Shown here: in pieces, positions 10,358 through 25,300 of the stretch
How the letters are laid out: every line of letters starts with the position of its first letter
Numbering within the stretch: the stretch's first letter is position 1
DNA from: a virus
IMG/VR virus record: IMGVR_UViG_3300020455_000616
Direction: 5' to 3' (one strand)
DNA length: 64,000 nt
The notes under the pieces: model-generated
Databases searched by the model: none
What the model saw: only the letters and a program-made list of their open reading frames with translations
Told to the model about the DNA's origin: nothing
Program-made: the position numbers and the translations under genes

Positions 10358-13300
10358 TATGAAATAATATAACCCTTATAACGAAGTGGATTTTTTCTTC
10401 TTATAACTGGGTTAGATCCAATACCAGACTGACTGGTTCCATGAACTGCTTCAAATATTTGTTTTGTTCCTAATCTGATAGTTAGATTAACTTTACCCCA
10501 AGTATAATCACCATAACTTGCAGTTGTACCGTATCCAACTACATTTGTAAAGTTAGCAATCTTAGCAACAACAGTTGTAACCGTAGTTGCAATACCAACA
10601 GAAGTTCCACTTATTTCGGGTGGAATGAACCTAGTATTATGAGAGTAGTGAGCAACTTCAAAAGTTGCATCCATACAAGTAGTGCCAATTCCAAGAACAG
10701 AATTATCTGCTCTTAGTGTTGTTAAAGGACCATTGACACCTGTTCCTGTAACATTGAATAGATATCCAGTTTGAATTCCACTCTGTACTAAAGAGAATCC
10801 AGATTTTAATTTAGAATCCTGAGGTATATAGAAATCAAAGGTAATTCCAGTTGATGCAACACCGACAATGGTAGTTGTACCAATACCAACAATTATTCCA
10901 TAATCACCTTCAACAGTTGATTTTGGCACATCTTCAACTTTTCTTGTTGGTGGAGCAATCATAACTTCAGGTCCACTAATAGCACCAACAGTAAATTTAA
11001 TTGGAGTTGTAAGTGCCCATCTTCTATTAGTAGTTCCTAATCCAACGTTATCATATACATCAACAGATAATGTATCACCTGGTTGATAACCAGTTCCACC
11101 TTCAACAATTGATATAGCAGATACTTCATAATTTAAAGTGCTAATATCAATATTAATAGATGCACCTCTACCAGATCCAGTTACACTATTTAATTTAGCA
11201 CCCAACATTACATTGGTTGAAGCATCTAAGAATGGGAATCCAATACCATTCTGAGCAATACTAAGAGAAGTTAACGGTCCAAATATGTAACCAGTTCCAC
11301 CCATACCAACAGAAATACCAGTAACAGTTCCACCTGCCCCAATAGTAGCAGTAGCAGTAGCAGCAGTTGCAACTCCTACAACATCAAATGGTTTTTGAAC
11401 AGTAACTATTGGAGCAGCAGTGTATCCAAAACCAGGATTGGTAACGGTAATAGCACTAACAGCACCATTAGAGATGGTAGTTGTTGCAGTTGCATATTCA
11501 ATATTTTCTTGGGTAATAAGTTCTACCTTCTCTCTATCTGCAGCTAACATCGCTTCTTTAGGATCATCAAATAGAGATCTCAAAGAATATACAAATACTG
11601 AACTAGAATTAACACCAATAGTCTCAAGAATGTTAGTTTGTGGGTTAATTACTGGTTCATAATAAACTCTATCTTTACCAACTTCATTAGTATCAATAAT
11701 CTTATCAACATCTTGCTTAGACCAAGAAATTGGTCTTGTTAACAGTTCATTTGGTGTAACACCTTGACCCGCATAGTTATTAGTTGTAACAGAGTCTGCT
11801 GACTTAACATCCATAACAAGACGTTCATCTTGATTGAATGTAACATCAGTATCACTATAAAGTTGAACATCATCACCCACTTTAAGTGTAGGTAATACAT
11901 CAACTTCTCTAACATCAATACTTTGTGTACCAGTATACATTAAGACTTTACACTTATCTCCAGTTGTAGTAAATCCTGTTACACCACCCTTCGGTGCTTC
12001 TGAGAATCTAAGAGTACTACCTCCAGTAAAGGTATAACCTTCACCAGGAGTTTGTAGTATGTCATTAACAAATACTAATAGGTTAGATTGCAAATTAATA
12101 CCTGCGTTTGCTCTTGCAAAGAATGATATTCTGTCGCCATTAACTGATAATGGGAACAATCTTCTAGTTCCATTAAAGAATGGAGTAATGTCGTCAAGAA
12201 CTAAGAAATCACCAACGTTCCAACCAGAGAACTTAGATGCATAAGTCTCATCAACAGTTAACTGGAATTCACTGTAAGATCCAACTCCAACAAATTGGTG
12301 GACATATCTCTTACCAATAGGAGCCATGCCAACATTCATTCTAATAGTTGTTGGAGTTGTAGAAGCAATACCAACACCACCATAAATTGGATCGGTTTTT
12401 CTTGGATATGCATTCTTAGAACCATAGTTATCACTAGAACATGTGAATATTAAAGATTCATTTGCAAGTCTAATTCTATCTCCTGTCTTCAAACTATGCT
12501 GTCCTACAGTAAGAATCATTTCACCAGTAAATCCATCATAATCAGCATCCATAACCTTAAATCTCTTCTCAGCAGGTGCTTTACCAATATTCAAACTAAT
12601 TGTATTAGCAGTTGTTGCTCCAACTGATACTGCACTGTTGTAATAAGGATCTGAAGTTGTAATACCAGACTTACCAACATCAATTGTAATTGTGGTTAAA
12701 GTAGTTGCTGCAATACCTATTGTTGCATTGTGTGCTGGATCTGTTGTACGTGGGTAAGGATGCTCTGTACGATAATCATCCAAATCACAGGTAAATGTTA
12801 TACCTCCTGTGATAATACCAACAGTATTAGAACCTGCAGTTAAATTGTGTTCTGGGAATGTTAAAACTAGATTACCAGTATTACCATCATAATAAGCAGC
12901 AGTTGGTGTTAATGCAGTTCCTACATTAGGTACAACAGATCCAGCAGCAGATCTTACAAATCTTGTTTCATTTTTAGTAGAACGAGGATAACTATGTTCA
13001 CTTGAGTAATCGTCCATCTCACATTTGAATGTAAGACCATTTTCACTTAAACGAATAGATTCACCTGCCTTTTGAAGACCGTTTGCAGATGCAGAGACAA
13101 ATGTATGTGGATAGTTACCACCAGATCTTACTGCATTTGTTGCACTGCTAAGACCAGCAATAAATCTATGATCAGAATCAGTACCAATACCAACAAATAA
13201 TGTAATTGAGGTATCACCTACACCAGTAATAGGAGTACCAATTCCAGAAATAGGGTCAGTGCCTGGACGAGGATATTGATGAGCAGTTGCGTAATTATCT

Positions 13301-16300
13301 TGAGAACACTGGAAGTTAATACTATTGTCTGCAATTAAAATAGGTTCTCCTATATTGAGATCATGTTCACCAATTGCAAGAGTCATATATCCAGTAGATG
13401 AATTGTATTCAGCACCTACAGGAGTGTAGTAAACAGTAACAGATGCACCAACCATAACATCAATGTTATCTGTAGTAACACCAACAACAGGCAACCACTT
13501 ATTACTGCTAGGATCAGTTGCTCTTGGATATGACTTCGCAGAAGCATTAGGATCTAAAGTACAAGTAAAGTTTACCGAATTATCAACAAATCTAACTCTA
13601 TCACCAACAGTAATTGCATTAAGTGTTGTAATTCCTGCAAGAGTCAACGACATACCACCAGTACCAGCATTATACAATGCATGAGTCACTGTATAGTCCT
13701 CAGAACCCTTTAATCCATGATCAGGGATCGTAAGTACCATTTCACCAGTTACTGGGTCATAGGTAGCATTATTAACAGAATACCCAACAGTAGTGGATGC
13801 TCCAACATTAATAGTAATCGTATTTGTATCTTTTGCGGTAATTGCAGTTACACCATAACCAAGAACAGGATCACCAGGTCTTGGATATGCATGATTAGTT
13901 GCATCACCATCCATCAAACACTTAAATGTAATTGCACCTGTTGAGAGTCCAACAGTTTGACTAGTTGTATATGGATGACCAGCAATGGTTAAAACCATAT
14001 CACCAGTAGATGCATCATATGTCGCATCAGTTGGTGTAAAGTTTCCAACACCAGTTACTGATACTCCATTAGTTAAAGCACTTACAAAAGTATGAGCGTA
14101 TGCACCACCACTAATAACAGCACTATTTGCTGCACCAACAAAGGTATGTGGATAGCGACCACCATAAACTACTGGTTTAACAGCATTTGATGTCTTAGTA
14201 GCAAATGTTGGGATTCCAACAGTACCACCAATAGCAACAGTTAGAATATCATCTGAACCATATGCATATCCAAATTTATTGATTTCAAAATTACTAACAC
14301 CACTTACATTACTAACTTCAATATCAACAGTTGCACCAGTTCCTAATCCAGTTATTATATTGTCTTCAGAGTAAATTAATGGTATATCTTCATAACCAAG
14401 GGGAGAATCAACTCTAACTTTTATGTCTTGAGTAACTTCACCTGCTCTCTTATAGAAGTGTGCATAAGGAGAGATTCCAGAATCACACTCAAATGTATAC
14501 TCATTAAGAATATTAGTTACCGCAGTTCCATCAAATGCAACGTCCTGAGTAGATGGACTGTTATTAACTGCTCTAGGTGCAAGAATAATCTCTTCTAGAT
14601 AACCACCAGACTTATAATAAGTTGGTACATTAGCAACACCAACATTAATTTCAAACTCTGTATTTGAATTAATTCTTGATACCTTAGTTCCCGCATAGAT
14701 TGGGTCACCTGCTCTTGGATAACGATGTTTAGTAACATTACTATCTTGAGAACATGTGAATACTAAAGATCCAGTAGCAACTTTAACACTAGTTCCTTTG
14801 CTTAGATGATGTGTACCTATACCTAATACTAAGTTACCAGTTGCGGGGTCATATGTTGCAGTAGATACACCATAAGGAATAATAGTTGATATACCAACAT
14901 CAACAGTAATAGTATCAGAAGTTGTTGATGCAACACCAATAGTCTTTCTGTAAATTGGATCAGTTCTACGTGGATATACATGCTCACTACCATGTTTGTC
15001 CATATCACAAGACAACTTAATAGATTCTGTTGCGATTCCGATTGTATTTTGTGCTATCTTAATACCATTTGCTGCAGCAGCAAAGAATGCATGAACTGAA
15101 GTATTTGTAGAAGGAATAGATTCTAATACTTGAACTTCAAAAGTTGTTATTGAAGTTACATTTGCCTGTAACCAATTAGTTCCTGCAGGGTCTGCTGCTC
15201 TTGGATATTTGTGCTCTGAATTAAAACTATCTAATCCACACTTGAATGTTAAAGATTCGTCAGCAAACTTAATCCATTGTCCATTAGTTATATTGTGTCC
15301 ACCAGATACTGTACAAGTTAAAATACCTGTATTACCATCATACGCTGCTCCTGTTGCAGTAGTAGTTGCTGCACCAGATAAGTTATGATTTGGAATTGTT
15401 AGTACAAGAGAACCGTCAGTAGCAGCATATGATACATTAGTTGGAGTATATTTGGTATTTGTTCCACCAACACTAATCGAGTCTGTTTCAGCACTAACGA
15501 ATAGATGATTATAAACACCACCAGTACGAAGAACAGATCTGCTTATTCCACCAGTAGTAGCAGATACAAATGTATGAACACCCACGTTTGTAGATGGAAT
15601 AGTATCTAAAACTTGAACATCAAAAGTATCTGTAGTGATATTAGTTGCTGCAATCCACTTATTATTGATTGGATCAGTTGCTCTTGGATAAGCATGATTT
15701 GAACCATGACCATCTTGAACACAAGTAAATGTTATTGCACTTTGAGCAATTCCAACATAATCCCCATCTCTGAATGGATGATTAGCGATAGTAAGTGTCA
15801 TTACACCTGTAGTGGGGTTATATGCCACTCCAGTAGGTGTAAAAGTATCTGCACCATCAAATGTATGCGTAAACTGGTGCTTAGGACCAGAAGGACCAAC
15901 ATCTAATGTAATTGTACCGTTATTATGTGTAAGACCGTTATTACTTGCTGATACAAATGTATGAGCATCTACATTAGTAGATGGAATAGTCTCTAGTACT
16001 TGTATCTTAAGGGTATTAACAGTTGTATTGGCAATTCCTACCCACTGACCATAAATTGGATCATTCTTTCTAGGATAAGAATGTGTTGAAGCATGATTGT
16101 TTTTAGCACATGTAAATGTTAATGATTTTTCAGCAAGTTTAACTTTATCACCAACATGGAATCCATGATTATTGATAGTCAACGTCATAATACCCGTTGT
16201 TGGGTTATATGCTGCGTTACTTACTGTATGGTCAGTTCCATCCGCAATAATTGCAACAGAAGTATCTGTAATTGTATCTCTATTTCTAGGATAGGTATGA

Positions 16301-19300
16301 ACTTCAGTACTCATACCACAAGTCATTCCTAATCCAGTTAATGCTATATCAGTACCAACTTTAAGTTTATGACCAAGGATTACTTCACCACCACTTACAT
16401 AAGAATGAGGAATTGTAGAAATTCCTGCTTGGAATGTAAGAGTGTACATATTTGGAGCATCTATGCAAGCAAAGGTATCTCCAGTTGGTGAATTCTGAGC
16501 ATTGCCTGGGAATATGCTAGTAGTAATACCAACTTGAACAACACCTCCATTGTTCCATGTATGTCTTATACTTGATACACCAACATTAGTAGTGAATGAA
16601 GTTGCTGCTACACCAATTGTCTTAAATGAATATCCTTGTGATCCATCTGGGAAGACAGATGTAGTAATACCAGCATTAACTGTACCACCAGACACATAGG
16701 TATGTGGTAATGTAGAAACACCTGCATTAAATGTAAATTGATTTGATGTAGGAACAGTAAGTGCTGTAAATGTATATCCTTGAGTTCCATCTGGATATAT
16801 TGAGTTACCAAATGCACAGTTGAGACCAATATTGTCTAATCTAACTTCACTACCAACTCCAATAACACCTGCAATAGATGTTGCAGTAGTTACAGTACAT
16901 AAACCAGTTAAATTATCATATGTAAATCCATTAATACCAAATTGTTGACCATATCCTTCAGCACCACCAAGAGGACATGTAAAGTTTAATTGTCTTAGTT
17001 TAACATCCTCAGTTGCAGTTAAACCATGATTACCAACAGTAAATATTGTTGCAATACCAGTTGTTTGATCGTATTGAGCACTATGTACTGCGAATGTTTG
17101 ACCATAACCCACACAAGTTAAGGCAATTCCAGATAAAGCAAATGTTCTACCAACTGCAGTCTGTTTAACAATATTATGAGGTAATGTCGTAGTAATAGTT
17201 GCAATACCAGTGGTATTTGTATAAATGAAGTCACTGATTGGAACAGAAGTTGAAGCAACAGATACTGTCATAATACCAGTAGTATTATTGTATACTGCAT
17301 TGGTAAGATCAATAGGTGCATAGTAATCACAAGTGAATGCTGCACCAACAACAGTAATCTCATCACCAAGGTCTAATCCATGCTTTTGAGTTGTTTGTAT
17401 AGTGGTTATTCCAGTGATAGAACTATAACCAACGTTAATAATATTTCTTGGTTTATAGAATCTTGCAACCCTATCTACAACTACATCAGTAACATGTCCA
17501 CCAGTTATAGTTGCATTACCAACATAAGTGTAACTTGCTATTCCTACACTTCTAGTTTGAATGGCAACACCAACTGTTTGTAATCCAGATCTATATCCAG
17601 ATCCAGTAAGACCTATAGCAACTGCAGTAATAGTACCAGCACTTGATACAACAGCAGTACCACCTGCAGCAACTAATGGTTGGAATCCATATCCGTCTGT
17701 TGATCCAACACTAACGATAATTCCACCTCTTGGAACATCATTAACATTAATATCTTTATTAGAATCATAGTCAGATATCGTACCATTGAACCCTAGAAGC
17801 GTCTGTGTATTGCTATTGTGTTGTTCAATCTTATAATCACCTTGTATGGTAGTTATTTCATTACCAAGTCTCTGTGGACCTTGGAAGATATCATTTATAA
17901 GAACAATTGCATTACCTGCAGTAATAGTATCAATATCATTACCCTTATACTTTAATATAAAGGAAGTTGTTATTCCATTAAACTTACTTGATAGATCATC
18001 AAATACAAAGTTATTATCGTATGCTTTAACAAAACTAGTTGTGAATGCTTCATTAATTGCAGATCTTAAAAATACTCTTCCACTAAATCTACTGCTAGTT
18101 GTAAGTCCAGTATAATCAATCTCATTACTATCTGTAGCAGTTGTACCAAAACCAATTGGTTGATTACCCCATGCTGCTTCACTAAAATGAATATCATTCT
18201 CTACAATACTAAAGTTACCAACTAACTTTGTAATTGTAGATAATCCAGCATGAGTTGCTGCAGTACTACCCATCCATGCTCTTCTTACAGTCAATAAATT
18301 ATTAGTTTTATCAACACCAGCAACCAACATGGTTTCATCATTAACTTTGACTAAATCACCACTAAAGATTGATGAAATACCACTTATACCAAATACAGTA
18401 GTACCAACACCAACACTAGATGAACCAACAGCAAAAGTATTACCAGTTGCTACAACAGGTGATTGAATTGTGCCATTAACTGTTAATAGTAATCTATTAT
18501 TTGGATCTTTTCCTCTAAAGATATGAGTAGTTCCAATACCAACACTAGCAATACCAACAAATACAGGATTAAACCTAAGTGAATCAGTAGCAGATACTGC
18601 AACCTGTACCTTTTGATTATCAAGTTTAATTACATGGAATGATCCTGGAAGTTTTGTAGTAGTTCCAATTCCTGGTCCAAAGTCTGTAGAATCAATTACA
18701 ATGGCATTTGCAAAGTCATTACCAGGTGGAATATATTCAATTTCTTCACCAGATACGAAGTAATGATTAACAAGATTAATTGACTGTTCGTTAGTGTCTA
18801 CAACAGTATCATCACTACCATCAAATGATTGTTCAAAAATTGGATCACCTGCACAGAATAAACCAAAATCTCTTTTTACACCATCAAACTCAGCACTAAA
18901 ATCGTCAATAGGAAGAACTCTGTTACCAATAAATTCTTGATATTTTGCTAAGAATGGTAATCCAAAGAGAATCTCATTAGATACCAATTTATTGTTTACA
19001 GTAATTGCCTTTTCTCTTGCAGTATCAAAGTCCTTAATCATGTTAAGGTCAACAACACTAGTTAAGTCAGATACTGCAATAAATGCATTTAAGTCTTGTG
19101 CTGTACCCATTCCAACGATAGATGGGTCATATGAATCTGCTAATAACTCACCAAACTTCTTATACCCAGTAGTATGGTTTAGATTACTTACATAAGCATT
19201 CCATTTTTCAAATGATATAGAAGATCTTACTGCATATGAGAAGTACTGATAATAATCATTATCATGCATTCTTTGGAAGAATCTATTTAACTTACCAGTA

Positions 19301-22300
19301 TCTTTTAAGAATCCCTTCTTAGTAATACTATTAGAACTAATTGAATATGTACCCTTAATTCCATCAACAGAAGATATCAATCCTTGGTTTTGAGTAGATT
19401 GACCAATAATTACATCACCTTTATTAAATTGATCTGCAGATCTTACTTTTAAGAACTCGTTCCTATTATCATAGTCTTGAACTACACCACTATTATCAAG
19501 TTGGTTAGTAATAAACTCACCTTTTGCAAATGAATCCTTCTCAAGGAATACTTCAAATGTTGGGAAATATGATTCTGGAGTTATAGTTCCAAATGATTCA
19601 AAACTATCAAATTCACCAGGTTGTTCACCAGGATTTAATAGTCCACTTAAACTATACTTAATTGTTGGGAAGTCACCACCAACATTAGCATCTGCTTCAG
19701 TAAGAGTGAATAACTTATATGCATAAGCAGCAGAGTTATATCCTCTACCAACTGAATTAAGAGTATTAGTATTCTCAACTAGTATTCTATTACCAACTTT
19801 ATATGGATAAGCATCAATAGATGAGAATGTTACAGCAAATGCAACAGTAACATCTAAAGTAGAAGAGTCAAAAGTAATACTATCAATCCTTGTACCATTA
19901 GGATTATTAGTTGGCATTAAAACTGGAGTAACATTATACAAACCAGTTGTATTTCTAACAATTTCTACTTCAGTATCACCAACATCATATCTTAAGAATG
20001 CTTCAGTATTAACACGACCAGTAAATCCATCAACAACAACTATATCAGGTGTTAAGAAGTAATTAACGCCAGGATCTTTAACCTTAACACGTTCAAACTT
20101 AGATAGTGGTTCAATTTTATATGTTGCTGGTAATGAGGCAGCAGGTCTCAATGTATTGTCTGCAGGATAGTCAAATCCAATATCAGTCAATACTACCTCA
20201 TTAAGTTTACCAATAGATCTACTTCTTGGGAGGAATAGTGCTCCTGTTCCTGCAGCACTAACAACTTTAGAGACATATGGAAGACTCTTATATCCAGCAC
20301 CACCAGAATCTAATGCAATTGTACCAACAGGTCCAGTAGCAGTAGCAGATGTTGTTTGATAGATGATAGCTGCTTCACCTGTACTGTAAGATGGTCTTTC
20401 TGGAGTATCAAACAGAGTATAATTAAAGGTATTAGTAGTTAAACCACTAACAGTTGTTTTTGCATCATATTTACTACTAACTATAGATAACCTGTTTGGA
20501 TTAGTGATTTGGAAGGTATCACTAAGCATTTCAGTCTTAGAAGCAGCAGCACCAGAACTCTTAATTGGTTGTAGATTATAATAGAGATTATTTGGAGTAC
20601 TCTTATCAATAATTAAAGTTAAGTTTGCATTTTGCTGTCCAATAGTACCATTTTTCTTTACATGGAAGTCTAAAACAATAGTTGATATACCAGCATTTGC
20701 TTCAGAAGTGAAATATAGATCAGTAAAGGCAGAATCTCTAAAGACATTAAAGTCAAAGGCAGATAGTCCACTATTTGATAATGAAGAATCTGATAAGTCA
20801 AAAACAACAGTATTATTACGATATGCTTTAATTTCTGGGTTAATAGGACTAAATGTACCAAATGATGCTGAAGATATACCAACAATTTGGACTCCTTCAT
20901 TAGATGTTATTTGTTTATAGTAATTGTTAGATAACTTAATTGTATTTTGGTCAATAACAATTACATAATAGATTTGAGAATTATTAATTCCTCCAGTAGG
21001 ACTAGATGAGTTATGAAGAACTTTAGTACCTGTTGTCCATCCATGATCTACAATAGTAAACCTATTATTATCTGTATCAACATCCGCTTCAAGGAATCCT
21101 CTTGGATCAATTAATAATCTTCGATTACCATCATCATACTTAACAACAACAGTAGTTTGGATACCTGAAGTAACTGTTAAATCAACAAAATCACCCTCAC
21201 TTAAATAATGAGATGCACCAGTACTAACAGTAGCAGTCTTCTTAAGAATATCTCCAGTAATGATGTTATCATAAGCAGTTTTAAAACTATGTAATCTTCC
21301 AGTTCCTGGAGTATCAATAGTCAATAATCCCATAGATGCAGTAGTTCCAAGACCTACAAAATTACCTGTAGTTCCTATACCAATTTGGTTTGTTGATATA
21401 CCAATAAAGTTTTCGTCATGTACTGCAGCATATAATGTTGTGTTATCAGTTAAGTAATAACTTGTTCCTGAAGCACTTACGTTTGGACCACTACTTCCAG
21501 CACCAACATTGTATATAATCTTCTCACCAGTTTTTAATCCATGACCAGGAATATAGAAGGAATCCTTAATTGGACTAATCTTGTCAATACCTGCACCTGG
21601 ATTTTGTAAATATGTCTTACCTACCTTTTTAGCAGATGCTAAAACTTGAGTATCATAAGTTGCAATATAAGGAGTCATAAACTCACTTTGCTCAACTTGT
21701 AAACCTGCAACATAGAATATAGGTCTACTGTTTAAAGTTGCTCTAATAGTAGTTCCTGATCCTACAGCAACACCATCAGCACCAAACTTCATTCTATGAG
21801 GATTAGCATTAGTTGCTACAGTAAACTTGAATCTCTTCCAGTCTCTAGTAAGAGTTACTTTTTGATGATAGTAAACATTTACACCAGTATCTTGAAGAAT
21901 CATCCATACTTCTTCTCCACCTTGATCACCTTTTAAGAATGCAGATACTGTATGAACATTACCTGAAAGTGTAAATGTACCATTTTGTATTACGATGGTA
22001 TCAGTAGCAGACGTTGTTGTAGCAATTCCAACTTTAGCAGCAGAAATATTACCATCTGGAGTCTTAGAATGATAGAATGTTACTGTTCCTATTCCATTAC
22101 CTGCAGTTGCTTTAGTCCATGTACCACCAGTAAGAGAAGGTGATACAGGATCAGAATAAACAACTAAGTTCTCACTTATAACTCCAGCTACCTCTTCAGG
22201 TTCAAAATAAAGTGTTCTATCAATTTTATATTGAGTTGTAGTTTGGAATCCAGTATTAATAGTAAATCTTCTTGGATCTTCACTTAAAATATCACCACTT

Positions 22301-25300
22301 AGATGAGAAGCAAAGGTTGAAACTCCAGTAATATCTCTTTGTACTCTAATTCTCTTAGATGAACTATCAATATTCAATATTTTAACAATCTCAGAATTAA
22401 TAATATAGAAGTCATTTACAACAGTAGTTGGGAAAGTTAAATCACCATCCACACTGAAATATGTCGTAATGCCTGTAGATTGGGCAGTACCAACATTATT
22501 CCTTAAAACAAGTTGGTTAGTAGAGACACCAACAGTATAATTTTTAGATAACTCTGTAGATAATAAATTTAGATTCTGTAAATCTATAATATCACCAGCA
22601 TTAAATTCATGAGAAACAGTTCCAAATCCAACAAATCTACCTTTACCTAAAGTTGGAGTAAACTGTATATGATTAAATTTCTTAGTAGTATATGTAATAT
22701 TAGTTACTTCTGGTCCTAAAATTTGCCCTATACGTGCATATGCGCCACCACCTTGAGTTCCTTCATCATTAAAGAAGATATTATCAGAAATATTATACTT
22801 ATCACCTGGTGCAATAATATTAAGTGAATCGACTGCTCCTGAAGATGCTGATACAACCTCAGTAAAACCTTCACTGAATACATTGGGTTGAAGGAATCCT
22901 TTATACCTAGAGTTTTTACCTCTAATACCATATTGACTGGTATAACGTATATAATTACCATCATTTAGATTAGTAAAACTTAAAGTAGCAAATTGACTGA
23001 AATTATAAGTTTGAGGTAATCCTTTAAATTGAGGACCTATAGCATATGGGAATACTGGTTTTAGATACCCCGCAAATGGTCCTGCAACCTCTGCAGAAGC
23101 GTCAACTGTTAAGAAGTAAGCATATGTACCATTAGGGAATTCAGGGGTCTTACAGAAGCGTCCATTGAACTCATCTAAATCACCTTTACCAACAAATTTA
23201 TAATCTTCGATAAACATACCAGATCCATAACTTGGTGGTCTGATACCAGACACATCAACTCTTAATTCATAACTGGTTTCTATTCTCTTAACTGCACCAC
23301 CCTCTCTATCTGCATATCCATAAGGACCATAGATTGGGAATCCATCAAATGCCCATCCTATAATAGGAGAGTGGTATTTGTCTGTATTAGTTTCGTTTAA
23401 TATGTCTGCTCTAAAAATTACACTTCCATCAATGTCAATTGAAGTTGATAGAACCTTTCTTCTAAGTTCTCTAGGAGCAAATGCATGTGTATACTCAATC
23501 TCTTTACTAGAATCAAGTGAAAGTGCCAATACACCATCATCTTGAGGTATTTCACCTGTTAACATCAATTTTTGTACTAAGTTAATAGTCCAAGATTTAA
23601 TTTGAGCATTAAATTTAGCACCACTACCAGTTGATATAACAAATAGATTTGTATTAGTGTTTTTATAACCAAATCCACTATTAATAATTTTTACATCAAC
23701 AAGTTTACCATCAACAATAATTGGATTTAAGATTGCACCATTACCATCACCAGTAATCTCAATAACTGGTGGAGAGTTATATCCAGATCCTGAATTATTG
23801 ATAATAATATCAATAATCTTACCTTCAGATGATACTAGTGGACTTACTTGTGCATTTTCACCATTTATTAAACTAATTACAGGTTGTCTATTATAGTTAA
23901 GAATTTCAGCATCACCATAATTTTCACCATGAGAACTTAACGAGATAGATTCTATATCACCAGTAAATACGGGATTAATTTTTGCTCTAAAGTCTTGTCC
24001 TGCAAAAGTTCCAACACCAATTGGTCCTTCAATCTTTACTTCAATTGGAGTGTATACTAGTTTGTGAATTCCTGTTCCAGTATCTGGGAAATCAACAAAT
24101 CTATTATTAACGTAATAGTAATCATCACCAAGACTATCACCAGTACTAACAATTCTTCTCTCAGCAAGTCTAATATTATCTTTATCTATTACATTGACTA
24201 AAAATTGTGTAGTTGAAGCAACACCAACAGGGAAAGAACCACCTTCATTAATGAATTGTACAAGTTCCCTATCTTTAAGACTATGATCCTGAATATTGAG
24301 TTTGTTATCAAATATATCTACCTTAGATGGTTGGAAATAAAGGGTTTTATTCCTATAGTCATAACCAGCATTAACAACTTCAATAGAAGATATAACCTTT
24401 TTCTTCTCAAATGCTTCTATAGTTTGTAGACCAGAACCATATGTGGTTATTCCTACAGTATTAATTCCAATAATAGCATCATCTATATTGGTATGAAGTT
24501 TAATTGATTTTTCATCTACAAGACTAGCAAAATAGATTGCTTGATTGGATAGTCCACCTAATACTGCTTGATCTTCAGATTTGTATATAACCTTCTCTTG
24601 AGGTCTTAATTTGTGGTATGTAGCAAACCCAATTACATTAGTGGCAAGATCTACATCAATATACTCTGCACCTGCATTAAAATTAATCTTATGAGTAAGG
24701 TTGGATACATTACATTGCGCTTCTGCACCAGTACCTTGACCACCAGTAATAGTTACTTTTGGAGTTGTAATATAATCAAAACCAGTTTCAATTACATCAA
24801 TTCTCTTTAAAGACCCATTAATATTACATACACCAGTAGCACCTGTACCAACATTAGTAGTTCCTGCTCCAATACCATCTTCAATATGTAATGCTGGTGG
24901 ATTAATTACATCATAATTTGAATCACCAGATGAAGTAACCTGAACCTCGTCAATTTGACCATAATATACTAAATCACTAGATTTATAGTTTGTTAATTCA
25001 ACTCCATTAACAAACATACCAGTTTGTCCAGGTGTTGTATCAACTTGTACTCCACCTAATTTTGGTTTACTAAACTTTCTAACAAGATCCTGTCTTTTAA
25101 GAGATTTTCCTCTAAAATCAAGTAATTCAAGTTTATTATTTGTTACTGTACCAAAAACACTTATAAAAATACCATTCCTAATATTTGATTTACTAGTAGC
25201 AAGACTAATTGTACTTGCATTTACCTTTTTAATAAAATACTGCCCTTCGGGTATATTAAGTGGAATATTATTATTAGCACTATACCAAACAGGGTCACCA

